DNA from: Candidatus Kapaibacteriota bacterium
GTDB taxonomy: Bacteria; Bacteroidota; Ignavibacteria; Kapaibacteriales; Kapaibacteriaceae
Length of the DNA: 64,000 nucleotides
Direction of reading: 5' to 3'
Assembly: GCA_046595995.1 (NCBI GenBank)
Contig: JBKJNB010000072.1
Coordinates: forward strand, 10,786 to 74,785
Shown here piece by piece: positions 41,163 through 51,557 of the stretch (position 1 is the stretch's first letter; each line of letters opens with the position of its first letter). The position numbers and the translations under genes were made by a program. The notes below the pieces were generated by a model, which had not been told where the DNA came from, searched no databases, and saw only the letters and a list, made by a program, of their open reading frames with translations.

Positions 41163-41825
41163 ATGGAACTGTACATAGACAGCGCGAACCTTACAGAGAT
41201 CAAGCATGCTGCTTCACTTGGCTTTATTAGTGGCGTAACCACGAATCCGTCGTTGCTTGCGAAAGAGGACCCAACAACGGACATCCACAAGTTGATTCTG
41301 GATATCCATGCTAACGTTGGTGGGCACCTTAGTGTTGAAGTGGTAAGTACCGACACGGCGGGAATGCTGCGTGAAGCAGATGAAATTCTATCGTGGTTTC
41401 CAGAAGCAACCATCAAGATCCCCTTCATCCCAGCAGGTCTGACTGCCGTCCGTGCCCTCAGTGACCGAAACATTCCAACCAACGTAACGCTGCTCTTTAC
41501 AGCAATGCAGGCGCTGATTGCTGCGAACGCCGGTGCTACCTACGTGAGTTTGTTTATCGGCCGGCTCGATGATGTTGGCACCGATGGGGTAATGGCAGTT
41601 CGGGATGCGTGTGAGATATGGGATGTACACGGCCTCGATTCGATGATCATCGCCGCATCGATTCGTCATCCGATTCATCTTCTCGAATGTGCACGCGCGG
41701 GTGCGCACATCGCAACAACACCGTATAAGGTGCTGATGCAGTCTATGAAGCATCCACTCACCGATTCTGGACTTGCTTCCTTCCTCAATGATCACGCGAA
41801 GATGACTGATGCCCGCAATCGTTGA
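41163..41825 (+). CDS. tal: Transaldolase (FSA/TalC type 3B family)
   Basis: DSAN, GVTTNPS, Schiff-base K in IKIP, NVTL.F and AASIR; the Glu (SVEV) plus Phe (SLFIGR) pair indicates transaldolase rather than FSA. Confidence 0.88.
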   Translation: MELYIDSANLTEIKHAASLGFISGVTTNPSLLAKEDPTTDIHKLILDIHANVGGHLSVEVVSTDTAGMLREADEILSWFPEATIKIPFIPAGLTAVRALSDRNIPTNVTLLFTAMQALIAANAGATYVSLFIGRLDDVGTDGVMAVRDACEIWDVHGLDSMIIAASIRHPIHLLECARAGAHIATTPYKVLMQSMKHPLTDSGLASFLNDHAKMTDARNR

Positions 41826-42465
41826 TAAGGCGGTAAAACGAGCCGAGATACTGCATCATGCCGCTGATGCCTTTTCGCGCACTGGTTTCCACAACACGAA
41901 GATGCAGGACATCGCCACCTTGGCAGATATTGGCAAGGGCACGATCTACGAATACTTTCGCACAAAGGAAGAACTGTTCCTTGCGATCTACGATGCGTGG
42001 ATGTCGTCTTACGAGGCAATCGTGCGGGAGCGTGTTGACAATGCAACCGACGCAATCAGCAAGGTCGATGCAATTCGCGATTCGGCAGTAGAGTTCTACA
42101 TGTCGCGTGCAGAGCAAGCACCACTGCTCCTCGAGTTCTGGGCGCACGCGCTTAGGAGCAATAGCGTTCAATTCCGTGAACGCGTTCACAGAAACCGTAC
42201 GTTTTTAAGGGATCTTGGTGTTCAGATTACAAATGACCTGGTAAGCGCAGGGTGGTTTACCAAGGTTGACGCTGCGTCGTTCACCACACTTGAAGCAGGC
42301 ATTTCGGATGGCATTTTCTTTGCGTGGCTAATGGAAGACAGAGCCTTCCCCCTCGATAAAGCCTTTACGTTCCGTCAGAGTGTTATCGGACTTGGCTTAT
42401 TGGCAGGCGATGGCCGGACGCTACTTCAGGAACGTCTCGAAGGTAAACTTGAGAAAGGGTTTTAA
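41809..42465 (+). CDS. TetR/AcrR family transcriptional regulator
   Basis: HTH: GFHNTKMQDIATLADIGKGTIYEYFRTKEELF. Confidence 0.93.
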   Translation: MPAIVDKAVKRAEILHHAADAFSRTGFHNTKMQDIATLADIGKGTIYEYFRTKEELFLAIYDAWMSSYEAIVRERVDNATDAISKVDAIRDSAVEFYMSRAEQAPLLLEFWAHALRSNSVQFRERVHRNRTFLRDLGVQITNDLVSAGWFTKVDAASFTTLEAGISDGIFFAWLMEDRAFPLDKAFTFRQSVIGLGLLAGDGRTLLQERLEGKLEKGF

Positions 42466-42491
42466 GCATGCTTTGGCGTGAACCCTTCGAG

Positions 42492-43778
42492 TTAGACCAA
42501 GAGCAAATAACTGGAGAGCGCGATCGCCCCCGCACCGAACAAACGACGAACGGGCAGTGGCCACGACTTTCGCTGTGCGTAATCAATAGCCCAAGCAATA
42601 AATAGCGTCGATGCCATAATCGCCACCATCAAGAGCAACCCATCAGCAAGCCCGTACTGCCGAAAGTGCGTGCGTCCGATGCCATCGAACCATGGCGTGC
42701 CGAATAGTATCACGAGATGAATAACGTAGATGTACAGCGATTTCGCGCTAAACAGCGAAAACCATGAGCGCAGACGCCAGGTGCCGTTGAGAGCCCATGC
42801 GCAACCACTAAAAATTATAAGCACAAGTCCGACACGGCGCAGAACAAGTGCAATGCTGCCAGCGTGTTCGAGTTCGGTAAAAGGTACGCCCATCTTCCAT
42901 GCTACTGCGTGCGCTAACAGTGCGAAACCAGCGATTACCCCACCGACTCGCCATCCATACTTCTGTAGTTGTGCAGTTCTTCCTTCGGCCGGAACAGCAT
43001 GCAAATACGTACCTATGGCGACGCCGAAGAAGAGATAAGACGCATACGGGAAGAACGGGAAAAGTGACCCCGTGCTGGCATTTAGGTATGGCACTAACCA
43101 AACAGGAAACACAGCAGAAGAAACGTGCTGACTATACATGATTGGCGTGAGTGCAAGAATCGTCAGCGCTGTTACGAGAGCTCTAAACCCCATCGATGCA
43201 ACACTGCGAGTAGAACTCATCACGGCTGCAAACAGAAGAATAGTTGCACCCGTTAGTTGAAGAATATTCACTGCAAGTGCTGTTTGCCACGATGACTGTG
43301 GCACGTATGGTAAATCCCACAAACGATTTGCGGGGAATACCATTAAGTAACCAATTCCAATAAGTGTTAAGGCCCATCGAATGCGTCGAGCTAACACATC
43401 CGGACGAATTCTTCCGGACGTATCCCGCTTGTTTGCAAATACATGCACAACGCCGGACACCATTAGAAAGACAGGAGCGGTAACTCCACGGATCATGTGC
43501 CAGATGTTCCAGGGGAAAGAGCTTACGTCGATAACTGAAGGAGAAACGAGAGTATCAAGGATATGACCCTGCATCATCAGGATCATGGCAACAAAACGGG
43601 CGAGGTCTAACGCGTACAGGCGAGTACCGACTTCTACACGCGCTTGTCTAAGCGGCGAGAACTCCGGATGCACACGGCCCGTAACCAACTTCCGTAGAGG
43701 TTGGATAAGAGAGCCACGGAATAGAACGCTTCTGTCTGCCATTACGCGCAAACTCAGGGTGCGAAGCGAACTCTTCAA
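42492..43778 (-). CDS. Second DUF1624 / HGSNAT-like membrane acyltransferase-family protein (true start probably 3' of 43778)
   Basis: RLYALDLARFVAMILMMQGH, NILQ, SLFPFFPY and SLYIYVIH motifs. Confidence 0.75.
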   Translation of the reverse strand: MKSSLRTLSLRVMADRSVLFRGSLIQPLRKLVTGRVHPEFSPLRQARVEVGTRLYALDLARFVAMILMMQGHILDTLVSPSVIDVSSFPWNIWHMIRGVTAPVFLMVSGVVHVFANKRDTSGRIRPDVLARRIRWALTLIGIGYLMVFPANRLWDLPYVPQSSWQTALAVNILQLTGATILLFAAVMSSTRSVASMGFRALVTALTILALTPIMYSQHVSSAVFPVWLVPYLNASTGSLFPFFPYASYLFFGVAIGTYLHAVPAEGRTAQLQKYGWRVGGVIAGFALLAHAVAWKMGVPFTELEHAGSIALVLRRVGLVLIIFSGCAWALNGTWRLRSWFSLFSAKSLYIYVIHLVILFGTPWFDGIGRTHFRQYGLADGLLLMVAIMASTLFIAWAIDYAQRKSWPLPVRRLFGAGAIALSSYLLLV

Positions 43779-43831
43779 GTGAATTGTTGTTCATCGGTAT
43801 GTCATTCTCCAACATCGGCATGTCGAGCCTA

Positions 43832-44443
43832 CTAGTACGTCAGCAGGTCGACCTTAATCCGTACACCCACCATACCTGTAGTTAGACCCGTGTGACTAAG
43901 CACGTGAAGGCCGATTTCTGGTCCTACGGTAAGCACGTCGGTCAGGTGCGCATCGAACCCGAGCCATGTCGAGGCTCCGTACGTGTAATCAGAGCTCGAG
44001 AATTTTCCCGTTCGATTAACCATCGTGTGGGAAGTGAGGAAGTAGACCCCTAACCCCACTCCAAACTCAAAATTACCAGGATGCATGGCAACAACGACCT
44101 GAACAGGAATGCCAGTTAGGTCGAGCGTAACATCTTGACGAACGCCGTTAAAATCGCTGACTGATAAGTTCTCGCGAGAAAACGTAACAAAGCCTGAATA
44201 GACTCCGACACTTAACAAATGGTCTGGGTGCCACATTAAGCGGCCACCGAACGTGGTTCCTAGGAACACGTTCCCGGCACTGGCCAGCGTCGGTCTATCA
44301 GCATAACGTGTGGCTTGCACGGAGCCGACGATCGTGGCTTCGACACGATAGAAACTGCGCATGGTGCTGTCCCTGCGCATGATAGAAGCTGTGTCCGGCG
44401 GTGGACACATAAGCAACAAGGCCGTAAGTAGTGCTTCCATCAA
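43832..44443 (-). CDS. Small outer-membrane beta-barrel-like protein
   Basis: Amphipathic beta-strands (FEFGVGLGVYF, TVGPEIGLH, VGVRIKVDLLTY). Confidence 0.55.
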   Translation of the reverse strand: MMEALLTALLLMCPPPDTASIMRRDSTMRSFYRVEATIVGSVQATRYADRPTLASAGNVFLGTTFGGRLMWHPDHLLSVGVYSGFVTFSRENLSVSDFNGVRQDVTLDLTGIPVQVVVAMHPGNFEFGVGLGVYFLTSHTMVNRTGKFSSSDYTYGASTWLGFDAHLTDVLTVGPEIGLHVLSHTGLTTGMVGVRIKVDLLTY

Positions 44444-45690
44444 ATAGTCCGTGTGCGAAAGAGGGCTGCCAGCAACGTCGGGTAATTCGTAAGGATGCCA
44501 TCGAAGTCGCCATTACGCAGAAAGTCAAGCATAAATGTAGGTTCATCGAGTGTCCACACATATACCTCCCGACCTTCCTTCTGCATCTCATTAACGAGAT
44601 CCTTCTGAAGTCCGGCGGTAAACCGAGGAGCCCACACCTGAGCATCGAGCTCTCGCACAATGGCGGGTTCGAGTTCACACAATATTGGCGTGGTACCCTT
44701 TAGGGGGCTGCGTCTGTAAGCATTCAAAACGTCGTCATCGGGAATACCGAAGACGATTCGCACGTTGCGTCCCCTGAACCGGGCATACTCTATTGCCCGC
44801 TTTTGTATGCCTATGATTGAGTCCGTTAAATGAGGTGCTTTAACATCCAACCACACGAACGTCATCTCTGTGCGGTCGATTACTGCAGTAAGTGCTTCTT
44901 CGAGTGTTGGTATGCGCTCACCAAAGATGAGGCGGGCAAGGGTTTGAAGATTTTTGTACGTGTAGTTGCTAACGTCACCAATGAGGTACGGACTCCGCAC
45001 GGTACGCGTAGTAAACGTCGGATCGTGAAACACAATGGGCACGTTGTCTTTGGTACTTTGGATGTCTATCTCAATCCCCGTCGCGCCGAGTACAGGGGCT
45101 AGCATCATAAGTTCTACTGTATTCTCTGAAGCACCGAGACGCTCGGAATTACGACCGCCCCCACGGTGTGCTATAATCTGGAAACCGCGCAATCGCTCAA
45201 ACTCTTTCTCGATCTTGCGTAGCACAAGAGGTTCCGGACGGTTCGACTCGGGCACGTCGATATCACCGCGAAGAATAAGCCCCTTCCCACTTCCCTTCCC
45301 GGATGCCACGTCTGAGCCGCCCTCACCCGGACTTATCGTGAGGCGTGCGCCACCGGTTTCAGGTCCTTGTACGCCTCGCCAGTATCCAAGCAATAAGACG
45401 CTGTCATCACGAAGTCCACCACGCAATGCGAAGTAAACAACGCCCTTCACAGTAAAAATGGTTACTAATGAACCGCGACTCTGCACGGCAACCGTGTCGC
45501 CGAAGCGGCGCGAGGGTGAATCGACGACATATACGCCTGCAATGATCGAGCGACGTGAAGTGTCGATTGGTGTCGTAATAGACAGCAGGCTGTCGGTATT
45601 AACTTTCGGAGTTACAACAGGTTCGAGCTCTGCCACGCAAGAGCAAACAACAATAGCTACGACGGCAAAGATTAGGCCTACAATCTTCAT
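44440..45690 (-). CDS. Glycerophosphodiester phosphodiesterase (GDPD) lipoprotein with N-terminal extension
   Basis: Lipobox; IIAHRGG, ENT, IEIDIQ.TKD...VFHD, IPTLEE, VWT and DGILTNYP motifs. Confidence 0.9.
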   Translation of the reverse strand: MKIVGLIFAVVAIVVCSCVAELEPVVTPKVNTDSLLSITTPIDTSRRSIIAGVYVVDSPSRRFGDTVAVQSRGSLVTIFTVKGVVYFALRGGLRDDSVLLLGYWRGVQGPETGGARLTISPGEGGSDVASGKGSGKGLILRGDIDVPESNRPEPLVLRKIEKEFERLRGFQIIAHRGGGRNSERLGASENTVELMMLAPVLGATGIEIDIQSTKDNVPIVFHDPTFTTRTVRSPYLIGDVSNYTYKNLQTLARLIFGERIPTLEEALTAVIDRTEMTFVWLDVKAPHLTDSIIGIQKRAIEYARFRGRNVRIVFGIPDDDVLNAYRRSPLKGTTPILCELEPAIVRELDAQVWAPRFTAGLQKDLVNEMQKEGREVYVWTLDEPTFMLDFLRNGDFDGILTNYPTLLAALFRTRTI

Positions 45691-46418
45691 AACACGAACC
45701 CCATAAAGAACTCAGTCGACAGCAATCTGTCTTGAAACGTGTTATATATGAACCAGGCTTGGTATGGATTTGACGAGAGGCTGAACGTTGCGCCGAACAG
45801 AACCTGCGTGTTCCTCCAGAACGGTTGTTCTACTGCAATCGTGAGGCTGGAACCAGTGTATACATCGTTCTGCGTTACAATGGTCTGAGTTGCGATACGC
45901 TTTGTAAGTGACGTCATAAGCTCGGCTTCTACACGAACGGTAAGCACGACGTCATTGAATTTGCCGGTTCCCGTGATCATTGGATAGTTCATCCAGCGGT
46001 GTTGCGATGTGTTAAAGCCATCGACGAACGTAAGATTCCCGTACACGTAGGCGGCGGACCAGCCCACGCCAAATGAAAAATTTTCAATCATATGCGACCA
46101 CGATAGTCCGGCTTGGACGAATGACGTTACGATGTTCGACGCGGCACGTCCGTATGCCATCACATTCAAAGGTAATCCCAACCTACTTCGCAGTTCGACC
46201 GCCGGAGCAGGAACTGGATATTCCGTAAGTGGTTGCGGAAGTAGCGTGATAGATCCGCCGATAGAATTTCGAAAATCCCACATCGGAACGGGACGTGTAG
46301 CGAACACATAGCGTACTGCATGATAGTTTTCGTCCTTTGCACCCATGTCTGGTTCTTGGGCGCGAATGGCGAAAGGAACGGCTACAATGAAGAATGCAAG
46401 CACGAAACAACTTCTCAC
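45687..46418 (-). CDS. Outer-membrane beta-barrel-like hypothetical protein
   Basis: Signal peptide IRA-Q; alternating beta-strand pattern; C-terminal EFFMGFVL. Confidence 0.55.
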   Translation of the reverse strand: MRSCFVLAFFIVAVPFAIRAQEPDMGAKDENYHAVRYVFATRPVPMWDFRNSIGGSITLLPQPLTEYPVPAPAVELRSRLGLPLNVMAYGRAASNIVTSFVQAGLSWSHMIENFSFGVGWSAAYVYGNLTFVDGFNTSQHRWMNYPMITGTGKFNDVVLTVRVEAELMTSLTKRIATQTIVTQNDVYTGSSLTIAVEQPFWRNTQVLFGATFSLSSNPYQAWFIYNTFQDRLLSTEFFMGFVL

Positions 46419-46420
46419 TG

Positions 46421-47434
46421 TTACTCCTTTACCGTAATTGCGGTACGCTTTGGTGCGACATCAATGTACGTTGCGTCTTCGTCAGCACCCATCGACATAA
46501 TCGGCCTCATGATTATCGTAACAATACTTTGTTTGCGTTGCATAACAACATAGTGCAGGGCGCGAAGTTCAGGTCCGCGATATTCATCAACGTGTTCGGC
46601 CCCGGGTCCTTCTGGTGTTGCCCGTCTTGGCCGCACAAGCTGCCGAGGACCACCACCACCACCCGAAACAACGAATTGCTTACCACCCACCAAGAAGCGC
46701 TCGTACGTATGTGCGTGGCCACTGAACCAGAATGTAGACTTGGGAGACTTCAAGAATGCAGGTACGAAGTGTTTTTTGAGTGTAACGTCGCCCGAGACGA
46801 CGACAGAGTTTGTGTACACAGGATGGTGTCCACAGACCACGATTGCCACTACTGCGCTATCGGCGTCGAGATCCTTCATGGTTTTCACATACCAATTGCG
46901 TTGCTGCCTAAGTTCCTTCTCCGTTAGCTCCTCGATGTTCGTGTTAAGCATCACGAATGCTATAGAGTCTAGAACATTGACATACCAAGAACTAGTATCG
47001 AGTGCAGAAAACCTTGACTTCAATTCCGCAAACGAGGCGGAGTTGCTTCCGTAATACTCATGGTTTCCGAGCACGGGCAGAACTGGGATGCCGAGATCGT
47101 GAATGGGCTTGGTTACTGCATCAAAGTACTGCCAGTCTTCTACAGAAGACCCCCAGAAGACCATGTCCCCCAGAAGAATTGCTGCATGCGGACGTTCTTC
47201 TCGCATCTGCGAAACAAGCTCAACGCGTCCGACGTGGTTCGACTCCCGCCACGTCTCTACCAGGCCCGTACGTTGCAAGTCGCCCACGAGTACGATGCGC
47301 ATGTTGGTTGCGCCCGGACCTCCGTCAATGCAGTAAGGCGAGGGACACTGATATAGGGTGCTGGTACACGACGCCGCAAAGACCACCACAAGGGCGGACC
47401 AGAGAACGCGGCACAAGGCAACTGTTAATCGCAC
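46421..47434 (-). CDS. Calcineurin-like metallophosphoesterase lipoprotein
   Basis: GDLQ, GDMV, GNHE, GHHP and GHAH motifs; lipobox AASC from probable GTG 47434. Confidence 0.85.
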   Translation of the reverse strand: MRLTVALCRVLWSALVVVFAASCTSTLYQCPSPYCIDGGPGATNMRIVLVGDLQRTGLVETWRESNHVGRVELVSQMREERPHAAILLGDMVFWGSSVEDWQYFDAVTKPIHDLGIPVLPVLGNHEYYGSNSASFAELKSRFSALDTSSWYVNVLDSIAFVMLNTNIEELTEKELRQQRNWYVKTMKDLDADSAVVAIVVCGHHPVYTNSVVVSGDVTLKKHFVPAFLKSPKSTFWFSGHAHTYERFLVGGKQFVVSGGGGGPRQLVRPRRATPEGPGAEHVDEYRGPELRALHYVVMQRKQSIVTIIMRPIMSMGADEDATYIDVAPKRTAITVKE

Positions 47435-48102
47435 CAAAGGACCTCGAATACAAGGTATGAGACCACGACAAGAACACCCGTATAACACGTCATCAGAAGT
47501 AAATCGGGCATGGCTTCGACTAAAGATAGACCGGCAAGAGCATAAATCATTGCGTTAACCCCGGGTAACAGCAGAGGAACCAGAATGGGAAACGCAAGCA
47601 CCGGAAGAAGCGCGTTTCGAGAACCGGCTTTCGCTACAATCGCAGAGATTATTGTGAGAGCGGCCGCCATACCGATGCTACCTACGCTAACAACCAAGAC
47701 AAGCAACGTGGGGTTCCCCACATCGACTGTCGTTGAGAGGAACAGCATAAACAGCATTGATGCCACGAGGTTCGAAATCACAGCCTGAACGATGTTGCCG
47801 AGCAGTTTGCCGACATAAATGCTTGTTGCCGTTGCGCTCATCCTGAGCAGCAGGGCCGTTCCGCGCTCCTCTTCGCTTATAAAGCCCCTTCCCAGCCCCG
47901 TCATCGCAGTCGTGAACATTACAATCCATAACACTGCTGCTGCAAGCGGACGTGGCATCGGTTCATCAGCCGCCGCAAAAACAACGAGTGTGACCGTTGT
48001 AACGACGAAGAGCAAGAGGGCCGACATGCCGTACCGAGTTCGCATGTCGCTTCGAAGGTCTTTTACGGCTACAGCCAATATTGGTGTGGTTAGCTGTTGC
48101 AT
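47425..48102 (-). CDS. ccmB: Heme exporter / cytochrome c maturation permease CcmB
   Basis: KDLRSDMR, VLW, F.SEEERGT..LL, GK and LLPVLAFPILVPLL motifs; about 6 TM segments. Confidence 0.85.
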   Translation of the reverse strand: MQQLTTPILAVAVKDLRSDMRTRYGMSALLLFVVTTVTLVVFAAADEPMPRPLAAAVLWIVMFTTAMTGLGRGFISEEERGTALLLRMSATATSIYVGKLLGNIVQAVISNLVASMLFMLFLSTTVDVGNPTLLVLVVSVGSIGMAAALTIISAIVAKAGSRNALLPVLAFPILVPLLLPGVNAMIYALAGLSLVEAMPDLLLMTCYTGVLVVVSYLVFEVLWCD

Positions 48103-48109
48103 ACGGCAA

Positions 48110-49441
48110 TCAAATTACACCACGAGCCTTCAACTCCAAATACAGGTTTACCGTAGCGAGGCTCAGGTCGTTGGGTGGGGTGAGCACCGCATAGATGCCG
48201 TGACGTCGAAGCTCGGCGACGATTTCTCTCTTTTGCATTGCGAATGTGGCGGCAATGGTGCGGAGGTATACACCCTCGAGACGTTTGGGTTCGTCGTTGA
48301 TCATGGTCTTGAGTTCTGTGTTCTCGAAGACGACAACAACGACAACATGCTGATGTGCAAGTAGACGAAGGATTCGTAACCTTCGACGCATGCCGTTCAA
48401 CGACTCCATATTGGTGTAAATCATAAGGAGGCTGCGCTGTCGAACAGTTCTTCGAACCATAGAATAGAGGTGCTCGTCGTCAGATTCAGCATAGCCCGTC
48501 TGCACGCCATACAACGCTTCATTCAACAAGGCTCGTTGCCCCGTACGTACATCTGCTGGTACGATAATGCCAGGTTTCATTCCATATGTGATGAGTCCAG
48601 CGCGGTCATGCTTCTTTAATACCACATTCGAAAAAGCAAGCGCGGCGTTGACGGAATGGTCGAGAAGAGTGAGGCCTTCGAAGGGCATCTTCATCACACG
48701 TCCTAAATCCAGGACGCTATAGATATCCTGCGACCGTTCGTCCTGAAACAGGTTTACCATTGGCGTTGCAGTGCGCGCCGTTGCTTTCCAGTTCATTGTT
48801 CGCACATCGTCACCAGCTACATACTGCTTTATCTTTTCAAACTCTGTGGTATGCCCTAGTCGACGCAGCTTTCGCACGCCATATCGGAAGGATTGCTGCG
48901 AAAACGCAAGCAACTCTGTGCGGCGCATGTTTATCACTGAGGGATACACGCTGACGTTTGCCCCCCTCTCGAATACAACACGGCGCTCGAGTAGTGCCAA
49001 CCGCGTGTGCACGTACACGTTCAAAGCGCCGAATGCATACACACCGCGGCGCGTAGGTCGTACTGCGTAACTCACTACACTTGGAATGCCCGGACGCAGT
49101 GTGGCTGAGAATTCAATGTCTCGCATCTGGAACTGGATGGGCAACTCATCGATGATTGTCACCGCCCACGTCGCCGCACTATGGTTGTCGAGGTGAATGT
49201 GTACATCATTCTCATCGCCGTTTGAGAAGTGCGACGGCATTTCTCGTCGAGCCTCGATGTGCATTGCCCTGCTCAGCAGCATGAAGGCGTCTGCAACAAC
49301 AAGCGCGACCAATGTGAGGATGCCTAGCTGAGCGAAGTAGACGAATACGTCAATCCAGATGCCCAGCAATGCACACACCGCCAGGCCAATCATCGTAATG
49401 ATTAGCGATCGCCGAATATGCAAAGAGAGCAAGCGCTTCAT
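48110..49441 (-). CDS. DUF58 / VWA-like protein
   Basis: EFEKIKQYVAGDDVRTMNWKATAR, QDERSQ, LDLGR.M and DRAGL motifs. Confidence 0.9.
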   Translation of the reverse strand: MKRLLSLHIRRSLIITMIGLAVCALLGIWIDVFVYFAQLGILTLVALVVADAFMLLSRAMHIEARREMPSHFSNGDENDVHIHLDNHSAATWAVTIIDELPIQFQMRDIEFSATLRPGIPSVVSYAVRPTRRGVYAFGALNVYVHTRLALLERRVVFERGANVSVYPSVINMRRTELLAFSQQSFRYGVRKLRRLGHTTEFEKIKQYVAGDDVRTMNWKATARTATPMVNLFQDERSQDIYSVLDLGRVMKMPFEGLTLLDHSVNAALAFSNVVLKKHDRAGLITYGMKPGIIVPADVRTGQRALLNEALYGVQTGYAESDDEHLYSMVRRTVRQRSLLMIYTNMESLNGMRRRLRILRLLAHQHVVVVVVFENTELKTMINDEPKRLEGVYLRTIAATFAMQKREIVAELRRHGIYAVLTPPNDLSLATVNLYLELKARGVI

Positions 49442-50400
49442 CGGGGTACGTCTATGCTTCGCAGAATATCTTTAATCATATCATCGGGCGTTAGCCCTTC
49501 TAGCTCCTTCTCTGGCACAAGCTGAATGCGGTGGCGTAGTACCGGATAGGCCACGTGCTGAATGTCGTCGGGTATTACGTAGTCGCGGCCCTGCAACACC
49601 GCAATCGCCTTAGCGCCCTGCAGAATACCAATAGAGGCGCGTGGCGATGCAGCGAGATAGATCATTGCATTGGTACGTGTTGCATGTACGATGCGAGCGA
49701 TGTAAGCCAGCAGATTTTCTTCTACGACAACTTCATGAACAAGTGCTCGGTAGGCATTGATCTGATCTGCTGTAAGCACAGGTTTTATTGAATCGAGCGG
49801 CGTCGTACCACGACGTGTGTGATGACGTCGCAGAATTTCTTCTTCGTCCGCAAGCGTGGGATAATCAACGCGCACCTTGAACAGAAATCTGTCTAGTTGC
49901 GCCTCGGGCAATCTGTACGTGCCCTCCTGCTCTATCGGATTTTGTGTTGCAAGCACCATAAAGGGGCTTGGGAGAGGGTGCCGCACGCCGTCCATGCTAA
50001 CCTGACGTTCCTCCATCACTTCGAACAGCGCTGCCTGAGTCTTCGCAGGTGCGCGATTTATTTCGTCGGTGAGTACGATGTGTGCAAACACCGGACCCTT
50101 GCGATAGGTAAAGTCAAGCGACCTCGCATCAAAGACCGACGTACCAAGAATGTCTGCCGGCATTAGATCGGGGGTGAACTGAATGCGGGCAAAAGAACAA
50201 TCGAGCAGCCGTGCTATAAGGCGCGCAGCAAGCGTCTTCGCTACACCAGGTACACCTTCGAGCAGTACGTGCCCTTCGGCGAAGAGCGCCGCAAGAAGGA
50301 GTTCCACCATGTCGTTCTGGCCGACAATAACCGTTGCAATCTGCTCTCGCACAGCGGTTATAGACGCTTGTAGGTTCTGCATGTCTGGACGTGTGTTCAT
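49438..50400 (-). CDS. MoxR family AAA+ ATPase
   Basis: GHVLLEGVPGVAKT, RIQFTPDLMPAD, DEINRAPAKTQAAL and TQNPIEQEGTYRLPEAQLDRF motifs. Confidence 0.96.
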   Translation of the reverse strand: MNTRPDMQNLQASITAVREQIATVIVGQNDMVELLLAALFAEGHVLLEGVPGVAKTLAARLIARLLDCSFARIQFTPDLMPADILGTSVFDARSLDFTYRKGPVFAHIVLTDEINRAPAKTQAALFEVMEERQVSMDGVRHPLPSPFMVLATQNPIEQEGTYRLPEAQLDRFLFKVRVDYPTLADEEEILRRHHTRRGTTPLDSIKPVLTADQINAYRALVHEVVVEENLLAYIARIVHATRTNAMIYLAASPRASIGILQGAKAIAVLQGRDYVIPDDIQHVAYPVLRHRIQLVPEKELEGLTPDDMIKDILRSIDVPR

Positions 50401-51557
50401 ATTGTGCTCTGCTGCTGAAACAGCTGTATGTCATTATGAAAAGCGACGATTTCTTCATCACTGAAGTCGAGTCCGCTCTCTGCATGTGAAATGCGCCGAG
50501 CGATGTCGTTTATAACATTGATATCTGCACCACTTGCGTCACTTATGTTTTGTGCAAGGGTCTGCGCGTCGACGTCGACGCGCAAGCGCAGTCTGTTAAC
50601 GATGTAATCGCGAAAGAGTCGCGTGAGTTTGTTAGCCAGGTTTAAGTTGTCGTGCCTACCATAATAGAGGCGTCCGACCGTTGACACAAAATCCAGCGAC
50701 GTATTTCGCACTGGAGATAAAACGGGAATTGGACGTTGTCTTCGTCGGCCTGCCATTACGAGGTAGACAACGCCTGTAGCAATGAGTATCCAGTATGCAA
50801 GGCTAAGGCCGGGAATCGATCCGATTGCCTGATTCACTGTGATGTCAGCCGAGCGCTTGGGCTTGTAGTATTCATCCCACGTTATGGGCTTGTCAGGCAA
50901 AGCCGAAAGAATCGCAATTGGAATATCGCGCTTCGATGTATCAAGGAAAACAACATTCGTCAGCAGATCTGGTGTACCGCAGAGGATAATAGTGCCAGAG
51001 CCGAATGAACGCTTCATTAGTACAACCGATGTGTCACAGAGCGCAAGAGGATACCAGATGTTCGAGTCGGTTGCCACAAAAGTGTTTGCGTGGTAGAACG
51101 TGCCAAGCTCATATGCATGTACTACGGTTTCGGCATTAAAGCGAATGGAGTCTCGCAGTGGCTGGTGTCGCGTTTTGACGCTAAGCAGTTCAGACAGACT
51201 GTCGTCAATTGAATACGATGCGATGAAGAGTGTGCTTCCGTTGGACGCCATATCTAGAAGCCTGTCGCGTGAAGCGTCGTCCGGTTCGAAATCGTGCGTG
51301 ATAATCACATACGATTCGACTCGCTTCGATTCATCACTCGCAGGCTCTACCCATAAAGCATTCCGAACAATCTTCAATTCTCCGGAGAACGTTCTCTCCA
51401 AGTATTGAGCAGGAATCCAGCCGCCGTGCGGATTCTTGTCTGCGGCTTCGTAGGTGTAGTCCCACGAAATCGGCTTCGGTGTAGACAGTTGCATTGCCAC
51501 AATAATGGCAATGCCGATCGCCATCCACGTGTACGGACTGCGCAGGAAGGTCCTCAT
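50397..51557 (-). CDS. DUF4350-domain membrane protein
   Basis: W..TY...DKNP.G, WDEYY, TM segment then RRRQRPIP...N.SLDFV.TVGRLY; position in the MoxR cluster. Confidence 0.75.
   Translation of the reverse strand: MRTFLRSPYTWMAIGIAIIVAMQLSTPKPISWDYTYEAADKNPHGGWIPAQYLERTFSGELKIVRNALWVEPASDESKRVESYVIITHDFEPDDASRDRLLDMASNGSTLFIASYSIDDSLSELLSVKTRHQPLRDSIRFNAETVVHAYELGTFYHANTFVATDSNIWYPLALCDTSVVLMKRSFGSGTIILCGTPDLLTNVVFLDTSKRDIPIAILSALPDKPITWDEYYKPKRSADITVNQAIGSIPGLSLAYWILIATGVVYLVMAGRRRQRPIPVLSPVRNTSLDFVSTVGRLYYGRHDNLNLANKLTRLFRDYIVNRLRLRVDVDAQTLAQNISDASGADINVINDIARRISHAESGLDFSDEEIVAFHNDIQLFQQQSTI

Noticed and set aside
43779-43806. In-frame TGA upstream of the second DUF1624 gene (possible readthrough or selenocysteine)
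   Set aside because: It lies well upstream of the conserved domain start in probably non-coding sequence; no SECIS or redox motif is evident
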